From positions 1,143,276 to 1,207,275 of the forward strand of contig OZ242168.1 of NCBI GenBank assembly GCA_965205275.1: DNA of 64,000 nucleotides, read 5' to 3'. Source of the stretch: Gammaproteobacteria bacterium (lineage in GTDB: Bacteria; Pseudomonadota; Gammaproteobacteria; UBA4575). Shown piece after piece: positions 22,094 to 33,034 of the stretch; position 1 is the stretch's first letter, and each line of letters opens with the position of its first letter. The notes under the pieces were generated by a model. That model did not search any database, had not been told where the DNA came from, and saw nothing but the letters and a program-made list of their open reading frames with translations. A program made the translations under genes and the position numbers.

Positions 22094-23236
22094 TTAATCA
22101 GCCACCTGGTTTGTATTGCCGGATCCGGCAGATTCGGATTCAATGCTTTCGCTACCCCCGGCCTCTACCGTTTCAGCTTCTGCTGCCGTTTCAGCTTCTG
22201 CTGCCGTTTCAGCTTCTGCTGCCGTTTCAGCTTCTGCTGCCGTTTCAGCTTCTGCTGCCGTTTCAGCTTCTGCTGCCGTTTCAGCTTCTGCTGCCGTTTC
22301 AGCTTCTGCTGCCGTTTCAGCTTCTGCTGCCGTTTCAGCTTCTGCTGCCGTTTCAGCTTCTGCTGCCGTTTCAGCTTCTGCTGCCGTTTCAGCTTCTGCT
22401 GCATCCTCAACTTTCCCGATATTTTTAGTGCCTGCTTTTATTTTGACTGTAACCTTCTGTTTGGGCCCAGGCTTTTCTTTCTTGCCTATTTCAGCAACCT
22501 TGCCTGTGTCGTCAATTTCTACAAAATCATCCTCATCTCCGCTCATCACCTGCAGACTTTCCTTACCTTCTATGATGGCATCTGCGATATGAGTAGAAAA
22601 TAACCTGATTGCACGGATCGCATCGTCATTGCCAGGAATCACATAATCCACACCGTCGACCTTATTATTGCTATCCACTACCGCAACCACTGGAATACCC
22701 AGCTTGTTGGCTTCACTGACTGCAATAGCCTCATACCCTACATCAATAACAAAAAGTACATCAGGCAGGCTCACCATATTCTTGATACCGCCCAGACTAC
22801 GTTCCAGCTTGAACAACTCACGCTTCAACAGCAGCAGTTCTTTTTTGTTCAGCCTTTCAATGCCATCACCGCCGACAACCTGTTCAAGCCCCTGCAGACG
22901 TTGAATAGACTTATTGACAGTGTTAAAATTTGTAAGCATGCCACCTAGCCAGCGATGATTGACATAGGGCATACCACAGCGGACTGCCTCTTCACGTATC
23001 GCATCACGTGCCGAACGTTTTGTACCAACAAATAAGATAGTCCCTTTGTTTGCCGCCATCTTGCCAAGAAATGCAGCTGCATCAAGAAACATGGGTAATG
23101 TTTTCTCAAGATCAATGATGTGGATTTTATTGCGTTCCCCGAAAATATAAGGACTCATTTTCGGATTCCAGTAGCGGGTCTGGTGCCCAAAGTGTACACC
23201 AGCTTCCAGCATTTGACGCATTGTGACATTCGTCAT
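22094..23236 (-). CDS. rpsB: 30S ribosomal protein S2 with an unusually long acidic repeat C-terminal extension
   Basis: [27 protein letters not shown]... is canonical S2 for about 250 aa. It is followed by KVEDAAE(AETAAE)x13...[24 protein letters not shown], giving 380 aa in total. Confidence 0.9.
   Translation of the reverse strand: MTNVTMRQMLEAGVHFGHQTRYWNPKMSPYIFGERNKIHIIDLEKTLPMFLDAAAFLGKMAANKGTILFVGTKRSARDAIREEAVRCGMPYVNHRWLGGMLTNFNTVNKSIQRLQGLEQVVGGDGIERLNKKELLLLKRELFKLERSLGGIKNMVSLPDVLFVIDVGYEAIAVSEANKLGIPVVAVVDSNNKVDGVDYVIPGNDDAIRAIRLFSTHIADAIIEGKESLQVMSGDEDDFVEIDDTGKVAEIGKKEKPGPKQKVTVKIKAGTKNIGKVEDAAEAETAAEAETAAEAETAAEAETAAEAETAAEAETAAEAETAAEAETAAEAETAAEAETAAEAETAAEAETAAEAETVEAGGSESIESESAGSGNTNQVAD
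22170..22403. repeat. 13 tandem copies of an 18-bp unit (gtttcagcttctgctgcc) inside the 3' end of rpsB
   Basis: Perfect head-to-tail copies are directly visible; they encode AETAAE hexapeptides on the minus strand. Confidence 0.95.
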
Positions 23237-23427
23237 GTTATGTAATGCTCCTATGGGTTAACCTCCACGCATCCCATGCGGAAACCCAACTATGGGCACC
23301 CAGCCACATGTGACGATACGTGTGTGGATTTAAATGTGTTTGTGCAAAATGCGGACTCTTTATACCATGACTGCCTGTTTGGGACAATTACCTGGATACT
23401 GCTCATAATATTCCATAATCTGTATCA

Positions 23428-24198
23428 ATGATGGACGTATATATAAAATCCCCTGAAGAAATCGAAAAAATGAAAATTGCGGGCAAACTGGCCGCAGAGG
23501 TACTGGAAATGATAGGACCTCATGTCGTTGCAGGTGTGAGCACACTGGAACTCGATCGCATTTGCCATGCCTATATCGTAGATGTACAAAAAGCCATCCC
23601 GGCACCTCTGAATTATCGCGGCTTCCCGAAATCAATATGCACCTCGGTTAACCATCAGGTATGTCACGGGATTCCAGGCGAGCGCACCCTTAAAAATGGG
23701 GATATCGTCAATATTGACATTACCGTGATTAAAAATGGATTTCATGGAGATACCAGCAAGATGTTTATCCTAGACAAACCCACTGTGCTGGCCAAGCGGC
23801 TCGTGGACCTTACCTACGAGGCATTGAAAATAGGGATACACCAGGTAAGACCGGGGACAAAACTGGGAGACATCGGATATGCCATTCAAAGTTTTGTCGA
23901 AAACAACTACTGCTCAGTTGTTCGGGAATACTGCGGACACGGAATTGGACGCATGTTTCATGAAGACCCCCAGGTCCTGCATTACGGGAAACCCAATACC
24001 GGGATCAAACTTCAGACAGGCATGACTTTTACGATCGAACCCATGGTCAATGCCGGCAAGCGCAATGTTCGACTCCTTCCAGATGGCTGGACGGTCGTAA
24101 CCAAAGACCACAGCCTGTCTGCACAGTGGGAGCATACGGTTCTGGTGACTGACAGGGGATATGAAGTGCTAACCCTGCGTGATGAAGAAGACCTGTAA
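23428..24198 (+). CDS. map: Methionine aminopeptidase type I
   Basis: 256 aa, aligning with E. coli Map throughout (EIEKMKIAGKLAAEVLEM..., FHGDTSKMF, EHTVLVTD). Confidence 0.92.
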   Translation: MMDVYIKSPEEIEKMKIAGKLAAEVLEMIGPHVVAGVSTLELDRICHAYIVDVQKAIPAPLNYRGFPKSICTSVNHQVCHGIPGERTLKNGDIVNIDITVIKNGFHGDTSKMFILDKPTVLAKRLVDLTYEALKIGIHQVRPGTKLGDIGYAIQSFVENNYCSVVREYCGHGIGRMFHEDPQVLHYGKPNTGIKLQTGMTFTIEPMVNAGKRNVRLLPDGWTVVTKDHSLSAQWEHTVLVTDRGYEVLTLRDEEDL

Positions 24199-24261
24199 GC
24201 CAATCAAACCTGACAAGCAAACAAAACCCCGGGCCAGCCATACCCCCAACACCCTGACCAA

Positions 24262-26919
24262 ATGCTAGACGTAAACCTATCCGAGGTACTCAAACAGGGC
24301 CCATTGCCTGTGCAGCTTTCTGATATCCAGGCGCGCCAACCCCTGACCGTTGTGCAATACAAGAAATTTGCCAAAGAGGTATCCCGGGTGCAGCAGGAAC
24401 GTTTTGACACCCAGGCAGACATCTACGGTCTTATCGCATTGAACACATTCATTGCAGATGAACTACTGAAAAACATATGGCAACAATACCAGGTGCCGGA
24501 TCACGCAGCCGCGCTGGTTGCCGTAGGCGGCTATGGACGCCGTGAGATTTTTCCAGGGTCGGACATTGATCTCATGGTCATACTTGATGAGGCATGCGAT
24601 GAACAAACAAAACTGAAAGTGAAAACATTCCTGACTCTGCTTTGGGACATCAATTTTCCGGTCGCCCAGTCCGTAAGGACCATAAAAGAGTGTTTGCGCG
24701 AGGCAAAAAGCGACATCACTGTCATGACTAGTCTGATGGAACATCACTACCTGACAGGAAACAGGGAATTATTTGATAAATTTGTAACTTTAATAGACGG
24801 TAAGAAACTCTGGCCGAGTAAAAAGTTTTTCGAGAAAAAAACTGAAGAACTGAATAACCGCCATCACAAGTATGGGGATACCGCCAATCACCTCGAGCCC
24901 AACGTAAAGGAAAATCCCGGGAGCCTGCGGGATCTGCACACCCTTCGATGGCTGACCAATCGCCATTTTAAAACAGGCTGTTTCGAAGAACTGGTTCATG
25001 AAAATTTTCTGACAGACCATGAACTCCTGTCCCTGCAGAAAGCCTATATAACACTTGCCAAGGTTCGATTTGCCCTGCACCTGCATACAGGGCGAGGCGA
25101 AGACCGCCTGCTGTTCGACTATCAACACGATGTAGCATCACTCTTAGGCTTTGAAAATGCCCAGCGCAATCTTCAGGTTGAGGCGTTCATGCAGGTCTTT
25201 TACCGAACCACCAATCAGGTATCGACCCTGGTGGAAATCATTATCAAACGCCTGCATTCAAATATCTTTCCATCCCTGCTCAGGCGCAGGGCAAAAACTG
25301 TCGATGCATGCTTTCAGATACGCGGCAATCAGCTGGAAGCAAGGCATTCAGAAATATTCGTGCAAACCCCCTCTGCCATCCTGGAGTTATTCAGGCTGTT
25401 GCAGCAGCACAGTCATTTGACGGGCCCGAGCGACGGACTCATCCAGCTGTTGCTGGATCATCTGGGTTTAATTGACGAAGCATTCAGGAGTGATACGTAC
25501 AACCGTAACTTGTTTGTTTCGATACTTAACCATCCGGACACTAACAGCCGCGAGGTCCGACGCATGGCACAACTCGGCGTGCTCGGCAAATACTGGCCAA
25601 GTTTCGATGCGGTCACTGGAAGAATGCAGTTTGATTTGTACCACATCTATACCGTAGAGGAACACACGCTTCGTGTTTTTGAAAATGCCTGTCAATTCAG
25701 TACCTCCGCATCTGCTAATGAACTTGCACCCTATCACGATGTGTTCACACAAACACCGAAAGCCCTGATACTGTATCTTGCAGCACTCTTTCATGATATT
25801 GCCAAAGGCCGGAACGGGAACCACTCTGAACTAGGTGCAGAAGAAGCCAGAGCCTTTTGTTTAAACCACGATCTCAGTTCGTTTGATGCAAACCTGGTAA
25901 GTTGGCTGGTCAAAAACCATCTGGTAATGTCCATGACTGCACAGCATCATGACATCAGTGATCCAGGGGTATTGAAAAAATTTGCAGAAAATGTAGGCAG
26001 TCTTGCGCGCCTGCATTATCTGTACCTGCTAACTATTGCGGACATACGAGGAACCAATCCCAAACTCTGGGACAGCTGGCGAAGCACCTTGCTGGCAGAC
26101 CTCTACCAGAATACCTCAAAATATCTGCACCACGGACTGGATTCACCGATTGAGCCTAAGGAGCTTATCCGCGAAGTAAAGGAATCAGCACTTTATAACC
26201 TCGACAGGCTTGGCTTTGACACAAACAGCTGCCTTGCTTTCTGGCAGGAGCTTGAAGAAGACTATTTTTTACGCCACTCCGACGATGAAATCGTACGCCA
26301 AGCGAGTGCCATATTCAACCGCCAGTCCAAAGAGGATGTAGTGGTTAACATACACCAGTACAGTGCCAGAGGAGCAACAGAAATATTTATCTACTGCAAT
26401 GATCGCAACTATCTGTTCGCACATATCACCTCCACCTTATCAAAACTTGGACTTACCCCTATGCACGCAAGAATCATTACCTCCAAAAAAGGCCATGCAC
26501 TGGATACATTTCTGGTATTGAGTGAAAACGGAGGCCCCATTAGTGATAAAAACCAGTGTGCACTGGTAGCAAATGAACTTGCCGAGACATTGCGAACCCC
26601 CCACAGGATTTCAATCTCACCCGGCCAGAAGCTACCAAGAAAAATTCGGGAACTGCGGGTTCCGGTAAGAACTCAGTTCGAACACAACCCAAACCATACC
26701 TACACCACCATGGAGTTGGGGGCCCCTGATTTTCCCGGACTGCTGGTCAGTTTGGGCAGTGCCTTTGTAGATTGCAGTATCTCCATACACAATGCCCAAA
26801 TTTCAAAACTGGGCGAGCGTGCACATAATATCTTCCAGATCAGCACGCTGGATAATCAGCCCCTGGGTACGCCGCAACAACAGGAGCTTGAACAAACCAT
26901 CAAACAATATCTGCAATAG
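24262..26919 (+). CDS. glnD: [Protein-PII] uridylyltransferase / uridylyl-removing enzyme
   Basis: 885 aa; nucleotidyltransferase motif GGYGRREIFPGSDIDLMVIL, an HD domain and two C-terminal ACT-like regions; conserved map-glnD linkage. Confidence 0.9.
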   Translation: MLDVNLSEVLKQGPLPVQLSDIQARQPLTVVQYKKFAKEVSRVQQERFDTQADIYGLIALNTFIADELLKNIWQQYQVPDHAAALVAVGGYGRREIFPGSDIDLMVILDEACDEQTKLKVKTFLTLLWDINFPVAQSVRTIKECLREAKSDITVMTSLMEHHYLTGNRELFDKFVTLIDGKKLWPSKKFFEKKTEELNNRHHKYGDTANHLEPNVKENPGSLRDLHTLRWLTNRHFKTGCFEELVHENFLTDHELLSLQKAYITLAKVRFALHLHTGRGEDRLLFDYQHDVASLLGFENAQRNLQVEAFMQVFYRTTNQVSTLVEIIIKRLHSNIFPSLLRRRAKTVDACFQIRGNQLEARHSEIFVQTPSAILELFRLLQQHSHLTGPSDGLIQLLLDHLGLIDEAFRSDTYNRNLFVSILNHPDTNSREVRRMAQLGVLGKYWPSFDAVTGRMQFDLYHIYTVEEHTLRVFENACQFSTSASANELAPYHDVFTQTPKALILYLAALFHDIAKGRNGNHSELGAEEARAFCLNHDLSSFDANLVSWLVKNHLVMSMTAQHHDISDPGVLKKFAENVGSLARLHYLYLLTIADIRGTNPKLWDSWRSTLLADLYQNTSKYLHHGLDSPIEPKELIREVKESALYNLDRLGFDTNSCLAFWQELEEDYFLRHSDDEIVRQASAIFNRQSKEDVVVNIHQYSARGATEIFIYCNDRNYLFAHITSTLSKLGLTPMHARIITSKKGHALDTFLVLSENGGPISDKNQCALVANELAETLRTPHRISISPGQKLPRKIRELRVPVRTQFEHNPNHTYTTMELGAPDFPGLLVSLGSAFVDCSISIHNAQISKLGERAHNIFQISTLDNQPLGTPQQQELEQTIKQYLQ

Positions 26920-26973
26920 CCAGGACATATGCCTGCTGCATTGCACATGCTTTAAAAAATTTCCCCAAGAAAT

Positions 26974-28173
26974 ATGAATCCTCACTTGCCAAAACTGCAA
27001 ATGTACCCGTTTGAAAAACTGGACCGGCTGATTCATCAGCAGCAACACAGCGGCTCATTGCAGCCTATTTCACTGGCCATAGGTGAACCCAAACATGCCA
27101 CCCCTGAAAATATATTGAACGCATTTACCGAGAGTTTGCCCCAGTTAAACAAATACCCTACCACCCGTGGCTCGCAGACATTACGTGCAGTCTGTGCAAA
27201 CTGGCTGACTGTACGGTTTGAGTTGCCCGGACATGTTATTCATGAAAACGACAATGTGTTACCGGTCAACGGTACACGAGAGGCTCTGTTTGCATGTGCA
27301 CAATGTGTAGTCGACCCGGGCCGAAACCCGGTCGTTTTAATACCCAATCCTTTTTATCAGACTTATGAAGGTGCAGCATTGCTGGCCGGTGCAGAACCGG
27401 TCTATTACAATGGTGAGGTCGTGGATGGAGATATCCCTGCATTGTGGGAGTTGGAAGAAAAGGTGTGGAAACGCTGCCAGCTTGTCTACATCTGTACACC
27501 CGGGAATCCAACCGGACAGCCTGCTCCGCAGGCAACTCTGCAAAAGCTGATCGAATTTTCAAAACAGTATAACTTCACCATTGCATCAGATGAGTGCTAC
27601 TCGGAAATTTATCCGCCCGCCAGCCGCCCCCCCATGGGGCTATTACACTGCTGCCAGAAATCAGGGGGCGATACCTTGCAAAACTGTCTCGCGTTTTACA
27701 GTCTTTCCAAACGCTCCAATGCACCGGGAATGCGTTCGGGCTTTGTAGCCGGAGACACACACCTGATCAAACAGTTCCTGCAGTATCGAACCTATCATGG
27801 CTGTGCCATGTCATTGCCTGTACAGGCTGCAAGCATTGCTGCATGGTCGGACGAAAGCCATGTCATCCACAACCGGGAACTGTACCAAGAGAAGTTCGAT
27901 GCGGTACAGGAAGTCCTCAATGACACCTTGCCCTGTGAGTTACCGGATGCTGGCTTTTATCTGTGGCCCAAGCTGTCCATGGATGATCAGGAATTCGCAC
28001 GATCACTTTTTATAACAAAAAATGTTTTAACATTACCCGGCAGTTATCTGGCGCGTACAGTTGCCGGGGTCAACCCAGGCAGACAACGTGTACGGCTGGC
28101 ACTGGTTGCAACAAAACAGGAATGCTTGCATGCTGCTACCCGAATTCGGGAATTTTTACAAGCAACAGGATAA
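26974..28173 (+). CDS. dapC: Class I/II PLP aminotransferase, probable N-succinyldiaminopimelate aminotransferase
   Basis: 399 aa; start [16 protein letters not shown] resembles beta/gamma-proteobacterial DapC; sits directly upstream of dapD and dapE. Confidence 0.7.
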   Translation: MNPHLPKLQMYPFEKLDRLIHQQQHSGSLQPISLAIGEPKHATPENILNAFTESLPQLNKYPTTRGSQTLRAVCANWLTVRFELPGHVIHENDNVLPVNGTREALFACAQCVVDPGRNPVVLIPNPFYQTYEGAALLAGAEPVYYNGEVVDGDIPALWELEEKVWKRCQLVYICTPGNPTGQPAPQATLQKLIEFSKQYNFTIASDECYSEIYPPASRPPMGLLHCCQKSGGDTLQNCLAFYSLSKRSNAPGMRSGFVAGDTHLIKQFLQYRTYHGCAMSLPVQAASIAAWSDESHVIHNRELYQEKFDAVQEVLNDTLPCELPDAGFYLWPKLSMDDQEFARSLFITKNVLTLPGSYLARTVAGVNPGRQRVRLALVATKQECLHAATRIREFLQATG

Positions 28174-28187
28174 CTGAAGGAGAAAAA

Positions 28188-29015
28188 ATGAGTAATCCCG
28201 GCCAAGAGGTCATAGAACAGGCATTTGAGAAGTGCTCTGAAGTCACTCCTTCATCAGTCGATGCAACGACCAGAGAAGCTGTTGCCTACACACTCAAACA
28301 ACTTGACTGCGGGGAATTACGGGTAGCCGAAAAGCAGGGCGGTATCTGGGTGGTACATGAATGGCTCAAAAAAGCAGTATTGCTTTCGTTTCGAATCAAT
28401 GAAAACCAGGTCATTGATGCAGGGTTCACGAAATATTATGACAAGGTCGCCAGCAAGTATTCACAGATGGATGACGCTGCCATCAGGCAACAGGGTGCCC
28501 GTATTGTTCCGCCGGCCATGGCAAGACACGGGGCATACATTGCCCCCGATGTGGTACTCATGCCAAGCTACGTCAATATAGGGGCTTATGTGGGTTCCGG
28601 GACCATGGTAGATACATGGGCAACGGTAGGGTCATGTGCACAAATAGGTAAAAACGTACATCTGTCAGGGGGTGTGGGTATTGGTGGCGTGCTTGAACCC
28701 CTGCAGGCCGCACCAACAATTATTGAAGATGACTGTTTTGTTGGTGCACGCTCTGAGGTGGTAGAGGGTGTAATTGTCGAAAAAGGTTCTGTCATATCCA
28801 TGGGCGTCTATATTGGCAAAAGCACCCGAATCTATAACCGTGAGACCGACGAGGTAAGTTACGGACGCATCCCCGCAGGGTCGGTGGTAGTCTCGGGAAA
28901 CCTTCCTTCCAAAGATGGAAAATACAGCCTGTACTGTGCGGTTATCGTAAAACAGGTCGATGAAAAAACACGCAGCAAAGTAGGTATCAACGAGTTATTA
29001 CGTGCAGTTGACTGA
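28188..29015 (+). CDS. dapD: 2,3,4,5-tetrahydropyridine-2,6-dicarboxylate N-succinyltransferase
   Basis: 275 aa from [14 protein letters not shown] with an AGGAG SD; more than 70% identical by eye to E. coli DapD ([18 protein letters not shown]..., [17 protein letters not shown]). Confidence 0.92.
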   Translation: MSNPGQEVIEQAFEKCSEVTPSSVDATTREAVAYTLKQLDCGELRVAEKQGGIWVVHEWLKKAVLLSFRINENQVIDAGFTKYYDKVASKYSQMDDAAIRQQGARIVPPAMARHGAYIAPDVVLMPSYVNIGAYVGSGTMVDTWATVGSCAQIGKNVHLSGGVGIGGVLEPLQAAPTIIEDDCFVGARSEVVEGVIVEKGSVISMGVYIGKSTRIYNRETDEVSYGRIPAGSVVVSGNLPSKDGKYSLYCAVIVKQVDEKTRSKVGINELLRAVD

Positions 29016-29081
29016 TGTATATTGACTGTACCGATGCCTGGTTGTGCACAGCCACAAGACAGCAAATTATTTCCACAGACA

Positions 29082-30209
29082 ATGTCTGCGACACTTGAAC
29101 TGGCAAAAGAACTTATCCGACAGCCTTCGGTGACCCCCGAAGACTGTGGCTGTCAGCCGCTCATCAGCAACCGCCTGGAGGCTTTTGGCTTTCGCGCCGA
29201 AGCCATGAACTTTGGCAAGGTCAGCAATACCTGGTTACGCCGTGGCAACCAGACCCCCCTGCTGGCTTTTGCCGGGCATACCGATGTAGTGCCTCCCGGG
29301 CCCGTAGCGCACTGGTCATCCGCGCCGTTCGAGCCTGCAATTCGTGACCGCTGCCTCTATGGACGCGGTGCTGCAGATATGAAATCCAGTATTGCTGCAA
29401 TGACCGTTGCCTGTGAAAACTTTGTTCGGTTACACCCGAACCACGCGGGTTCAATTGCCCTGCTGCTCACCAGCGATGAAGAAGGCCCTGCAATCAATGG
29501 TACCGTGAAAGTCATTGAACAGTTGCAGGCCCGCAACGAAAACATCGACTGGTGCATCATTGGTGAACCCACCAGTTCAGAAACAGTAGGCGATACCCTG
29601 AAAGTAGGTCGACGTGGCTCATTGTCTGCAACCCTGAACATATCAGGAATACAGGGTCATGTTGCCTACCCCCAGACCGCACGAAACCCCATTCATGAAT
29701 TTGCACCTGCCCTGGCCGAGCTTGTTTCCATCCGCTGGGATCCCGGTAATGAGCATTTCCCTGCAACCTGCCTTCAGATTTCCAATGTACATGCAGGGAC
29801 AGGAGCTACAAACGTAATTCCAGGAGAACTGGGCATTGAATTTAACGTGCGGTTTTCAACTGAAACCACCTCCAATGAGATCAAAGCCAGAATACAACAG
29901 GTTCTGGACCGGCACACGCTGGACTATACGCTCCGCTGGCACCTTTCAGGAAACCCGTTTTACTGCAAGCCTGGTGAACTCGTACAGGTCTGTGAACAGG
30001 CCATCCATGATACGGTTCAAATCAGACCTGAATTATCTACCAGCGGCGGCACATCGGATGGAAGATTTATTTCGCCTACCGGCGCACAGGTTGTAGAACT
30101 TGGACCTGTAAACAAAAGTATCCACAAAGTGGATGAACATATCGATATCTCTGAACTTGAACAGTTGACGGATATTTATGAAAAGGTGCTGCAGGGGCTT
30201 TTAACCTGA
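29082..30209 (+). CDS. dapE: Succinyl-diaminopimelate desuccinylase
   Basis: About 375 aa from MSATLELAKELIRQPSVTPED; AGHTDVVPPG and GRGAADMK metal-binding motifs as in E. coli DapE. Confidence 0.9.
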   Translation: MSATLELAKELIRQPSVTPEDCGCQPLISNRLEAFGFRAEAMNFGKVSNTWLRRGNQTPLLAFAGHTDVVPPGPVAHWSSAPFEPAIRDRCLYGRGAADMKSSIAAMTVACENFVRLHPNHAGSIALLLTSDEEGPAINGTVKVIEQLQARNENIDWCIIGEPTSSETVGDTLKVGRRGSLSATLNISGIQGHVAYPQTARNPIHEFAPALAELVSIRWDPGNEHFPATCLQISNVHAGTGATNVIPGELGIEFNVRFSTETTSNEIKARIQQVLDRHTLDYTLRWHLSGNPFYCKPGELVQVCEQAIHDTVQIRPELSTSGGTSDGRFISPTGAQVVELGPVNKSIHKVDEHIDISELEQLTDIYEKVLQGLLT

Positions 30210-30974
30210 AGTCCACTGCTGAAGAAAATCGGCAAAGTGAGGTTTTTCTGCTTCCCCTAAACAGGCTTTGACCTGTTCGATTTTTCGCTCATATACGCCT
30301 GCAGAAAGTTTCCCACGCATCTTTTCAAAACACAGATATACCAAGTACGTGTTTAATGCATCCGTTTCACAGTAATTACGAATAGACTCCAGTTCACCAG
30401 CTAGCCAAGCCTCGCACACCTTGCTTCCATCCATACCCTGCTTGCCTGGAAAACCCAGCATGGTCGCTATGTGATCCAGTTTTGCAAATGCACGGGGCTG
30501 ATACGCGGCCAGTACATCCATCAAATCAATATGTCGCCAATGGAACCGGCCAAGATAGTTGTTATAACGAAAACTTGTATCCTCATCACCTGTTTGCCAG
30601 TAGTGGTGCGCATCCACACCATGCAGTAATGAACGAAACTGGATGACGGGCAAGTCAAAACCACTTCCATTCCATGAAACCAGCGTTGGGTTATATTTTT
30701 CCAGACCCGAAAAAAAACGTTCCAGTAATTCTTTTTCATCCGAGACTGAAGAGCCCAAAGACCATACCCTGAAAGTGTCAGTACCGCTCAGTACAACCGA
30801 CATTGCAACGATGCGGTGCAGATAATGCGGCATGAACGTACTTCCCGTTTGTTGACTGCGCAGATGTTCAATGGCCCTGATTACGTCCTGGTCCGGCAAG
30901 CCCTGCAGATCATATATTCTTTTTCCGGACTCAATATCCGGTACTGTCTCAATATCAAAGACAAAAACATTCAT
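30201..30974 (-). CDS. Predicted DnaQ-like 3'-5' exonuclease (PolB-exonuclease-related family)
   Basis: 257 aa; MNVFVFDIETVPD Exo I-type motif at the N-terminus with conserved acidic residues downstream; the family assignment rests on motif recall only. Confidence 0.5.
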   Translation of the reverse strand: MNVFVFDIETVPDIESGKRIYDLQGLPDQDVIRAIEHLRSQQTGSTFMPHYLHRIVAMSVVLSGTDTFRVWSLGSSVSDEKELLERFFSGLEKYNPTLVSWNGSGFDLPVIQFRSLLHGVDAHHYWQTGDEDTSFRYNNYLGRFHWRHIDLMDVLAAYQPRAFAKLDHIATMLGFPGKQGMDGSKVCEAWLAGELESIRNYCETDALNTYLVYLCFEKMRGKLSAGVYERKIEQVKACLGEAEKPHFADFLQQWTSG

Positions 30975-30989
30975 ATAAAAAGAATTTCC

Positions 30990-31883
30990 CTATTCAGCTG
31001 AAAAAAGACCCGTAGACAAGTAACGGTCACCCCGATCGCAGATTATGGTCACGATCACCGCATCCTGTACCTGTTCAGAAACCCTCAGTGCTGCTGCAAT
31101 CGCCCCGCCAGACGAAACCCCGCAAAATATTCCTTCCTCCTTGCCCAACCTTCTCATCATCTCTTCGGCCTCCTGTTGTGTCACATCGATCATGTGATCC
31201 ACAGCGCTGGCATCAAATATTTCGGGTATATAGGCCTCAGGCCATTTGCGAATACCCGGTATTTTAGAACCCTCTGAAGGCTCCACTCCGATGATCTGGA
31301 TATCGGCATTCATTTCCTTCAGATATTTTGATGTACCCATGACGGTCCCGGTAGTCCCCATGGAACTCACGAAGTGGGTAACACACCCTTCAGTATCACG
31401 CCAGATTTCCGGACCGGTCGTTTGATAGTGCGAGAGCGGGTTATCCGGATTGGCAAACTGGTCCAGCACCTTGCCTTTTCCGTCTGCCTGCAACTGCAAG
31501 GCTAGATCACGAGCTCCTTCCATGCCTTCCTCTGCCGTTACCAGTATCAGTTCTGCTCCGAATGCCTGCATGGACGCGCGCCGCTCCAGACTCATGTTCT
31601 CCGGCATGATCAGTTTTAACTGATACCCCTTCATCGCTGCCACCATAGCCAGGGCAATCCCGGTATTACCGCTCGTGGCTTCAATCAAATGGTCTCCTGG
31701 CTTGATTTCACCACGCAACTCGGCCTCAACAATCATGCCAAGTGCCGGCCTGTCTTTCACAGAACCCGCCGGGTTATTGCCTTCCAGTTTGCCCAAGATC
31801 TGATTTGAAGTGGGTCCGGGTAATCGTTGCAAACGCACCAACGGGGTATTGCCGACGAATTCTTCAATAGTAGGTATTTTCAT
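30990..31883 (-). CDS. cysM: Cysteine synthase B-type (O-acetylserine sulfhydrylase)
   Basis: 297 aa; NTPLVRL...EGNNPAGSVKDRPALGMI PLP-lysine region is of the CysM type; ATSGNTG motif present. Confidence 0.8.
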   Translation of the reverse strand: MKIPTIEEFVGNTPLVRLQRLPGPTSNQILGKLEGNNPAGSVKDRPALGMIVEAELRGEIKPGDHLIEATSGNTGIALAMVAAMKGYQLKLIMPENMSLERRASMQAFGAELILVTAEEGMEGARDLALQLQADGKGKVLDQFANPDNPLSHYQTTGPEIWRDTEGCVTHFVSSMGTTGTVMGTSKYLKEMNADIQIIGVEPSEGSKIPGIRKWPEAYIPEIFDASAVDHMIDVTQQEAEEMMRRLGKEEGIFCGVSSGGAIAAALRVSEQVQDAVIVTIICDRGDRYLSTGLFSAE

Positions 31884-32266
31884 AAACTTTTATCAAAAGC
31901 AATAGCATAAGCAATCGTATAGTGTTTTTCATGGGAAATACTGATGGACACTTCCAGCTCACCAATTCCAATCTGGTCTTGCAGGGATTTTTCAAAATTT
32001 GCAACCGGCTTGCCTAAAGAATCATGCGTAACATATATATTCTTCCACGACATTTGTCCCCGCATACCCAAACCAAATGCCTTGGCAATGGCCTCCTTGA
32101 CTGAAAAGCGACTTGTCAGATATCGGGTTTTATCATTTTTTTCAGGAAACTCTGCCAGTTCGATCGTGTGTAGAATCCTCTGCGCAAATGACTTTGAGTA
32201 CTGGGTATATATTCTATGTATACGCCGACTGTCCACAATATCAACACCTGTGCCTATCAACTTCAT
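31880..32266 (-). CDS. acpS: Holo-[acyl-carrier-protein] synthase
   Basis: 128 aa; GTGVDIVDSRRI start and an ...KEAIAKAFG... region; conserved pdxJ-acpS adjacency. Confidence 0.85.
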   Translation of the reverse strand: MKLIGTGVDIVDSRRIHRIYTQYSKSFAQRILHTIELAEFPEKNDKTRYLTSRFSVKEAIAKAFGLGMRGQMSWKNIYVTHDSLGKPVANFEKSLQDQIGIGELEVSISISHEKHYTIAYAIAFDKSL

Positions 32267-32267
32267 T

Positions 32268-33002
32268 TCAAATGCCTGCGTACATGGCTGTTTTCATTCT
32301 TTTGATTGCTTCTCCCAAGCCCATAAACAAAGCATCGGCAACAATCGAGTGGCCAATATTCAACTCATACATATCCTCGATACAGGCAATCGCCAAAACA
32401 TTTTCACAATGCAATCCATGTCCTGCATTCACGACCAACCCTAACGATGTTGCATGTCTGGTTGCAACCTTGATTCTTTGCAATTCGTTTCTTTGCACAT
32501 CCCCTTTGGCACCTGCATAGGTACCGGTATGTAATTCAATCACCGGGGCACCTGCCTGGGCAGCTGCATCGACCATTTTTTCACTAGGCTCAATAAAAAG
32601 GGACACGGCAATATTCGCTTCACGTAATGCGCTGACAAGATCCTTGATCCTCGCTTGGTGAGTGATGACATCCAGACCCCCCTCCGTAGTCAATTCCATT
32701 CGCTTTTCCGGAACAATGCAACAGTTTTGCGGCCCTACGTCCAAAGCAATATCACGCATCTCATCGGTCGTCGCCATCTCCAGGTTCATACTGGTCCGGA
32801 TGACACGTCTGGCAAGATATATGTCTTCGTCCTGGATGTGACGACGGTCTTCCCGCAAATGCATCGTAATACCGTCTGCACCGGCACGCTCTGCTGTGAC
32901 AATGGCCTGTTGCAAATCAGGATAAGCTGTACACCGCGCCTGACGGATAGTCATGACATGGTCAATATTAACACCTAGTCGTACTTTGGATTCAACAGGC
33001 AT
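32268..33002 (-). CDS. pdxJ: Pyridoxine 5'-phosphate synthase
   Basis: 244 aa; LGVNIDHVMTIRQAR and HLREDRRHI motifs. Confidence 0.9.
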   Translation of the reverse strand: MPVESKVRLGVNIDHVMTIRQARCTAYPDLQQAIVTAERAGADGITMHLREDRRHIQDEDIYLARRVIRTSMNLEMATTDEMRDIALDVGPQNCCIVPEKRMELTTEGGLDVITHQARIKDLVSALREANIAVSLFIEPSEKMVDAAAQAGAPVIELHTGTYAGAKGDVQRNELQRIKVATRHATSLGLVVNAGHGLHCENVLAIACIEDMYELNIGHSIVADALFMGLGEAIKRMKTAMYAGI

Positions 33003-33034
33003 GACAAAGTTACCGTCCGTTAAGGTTTATCTGA

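Noticed and set aside
22170-22403. Possible CRISPR array, suggested by the regular short repeats.
   Set aside because: The units are contiguous with no spacers, 18 bp long, and lie inside a coding frame. This is a coding tandem repeat, not a CRISPR array.
22025-22603. Plus-strand ORFs translating the 18-bp repeat as (FSFCCR)n, (PFQLLL)n and (SASAAV)n, plus the minus-strand 22165-22410 (QKLKRQ)n.
   Set aside because: These are alternative-frame translations of the tandem repeat inside rpsB. Only the S2 frame is continuous with a real protein.
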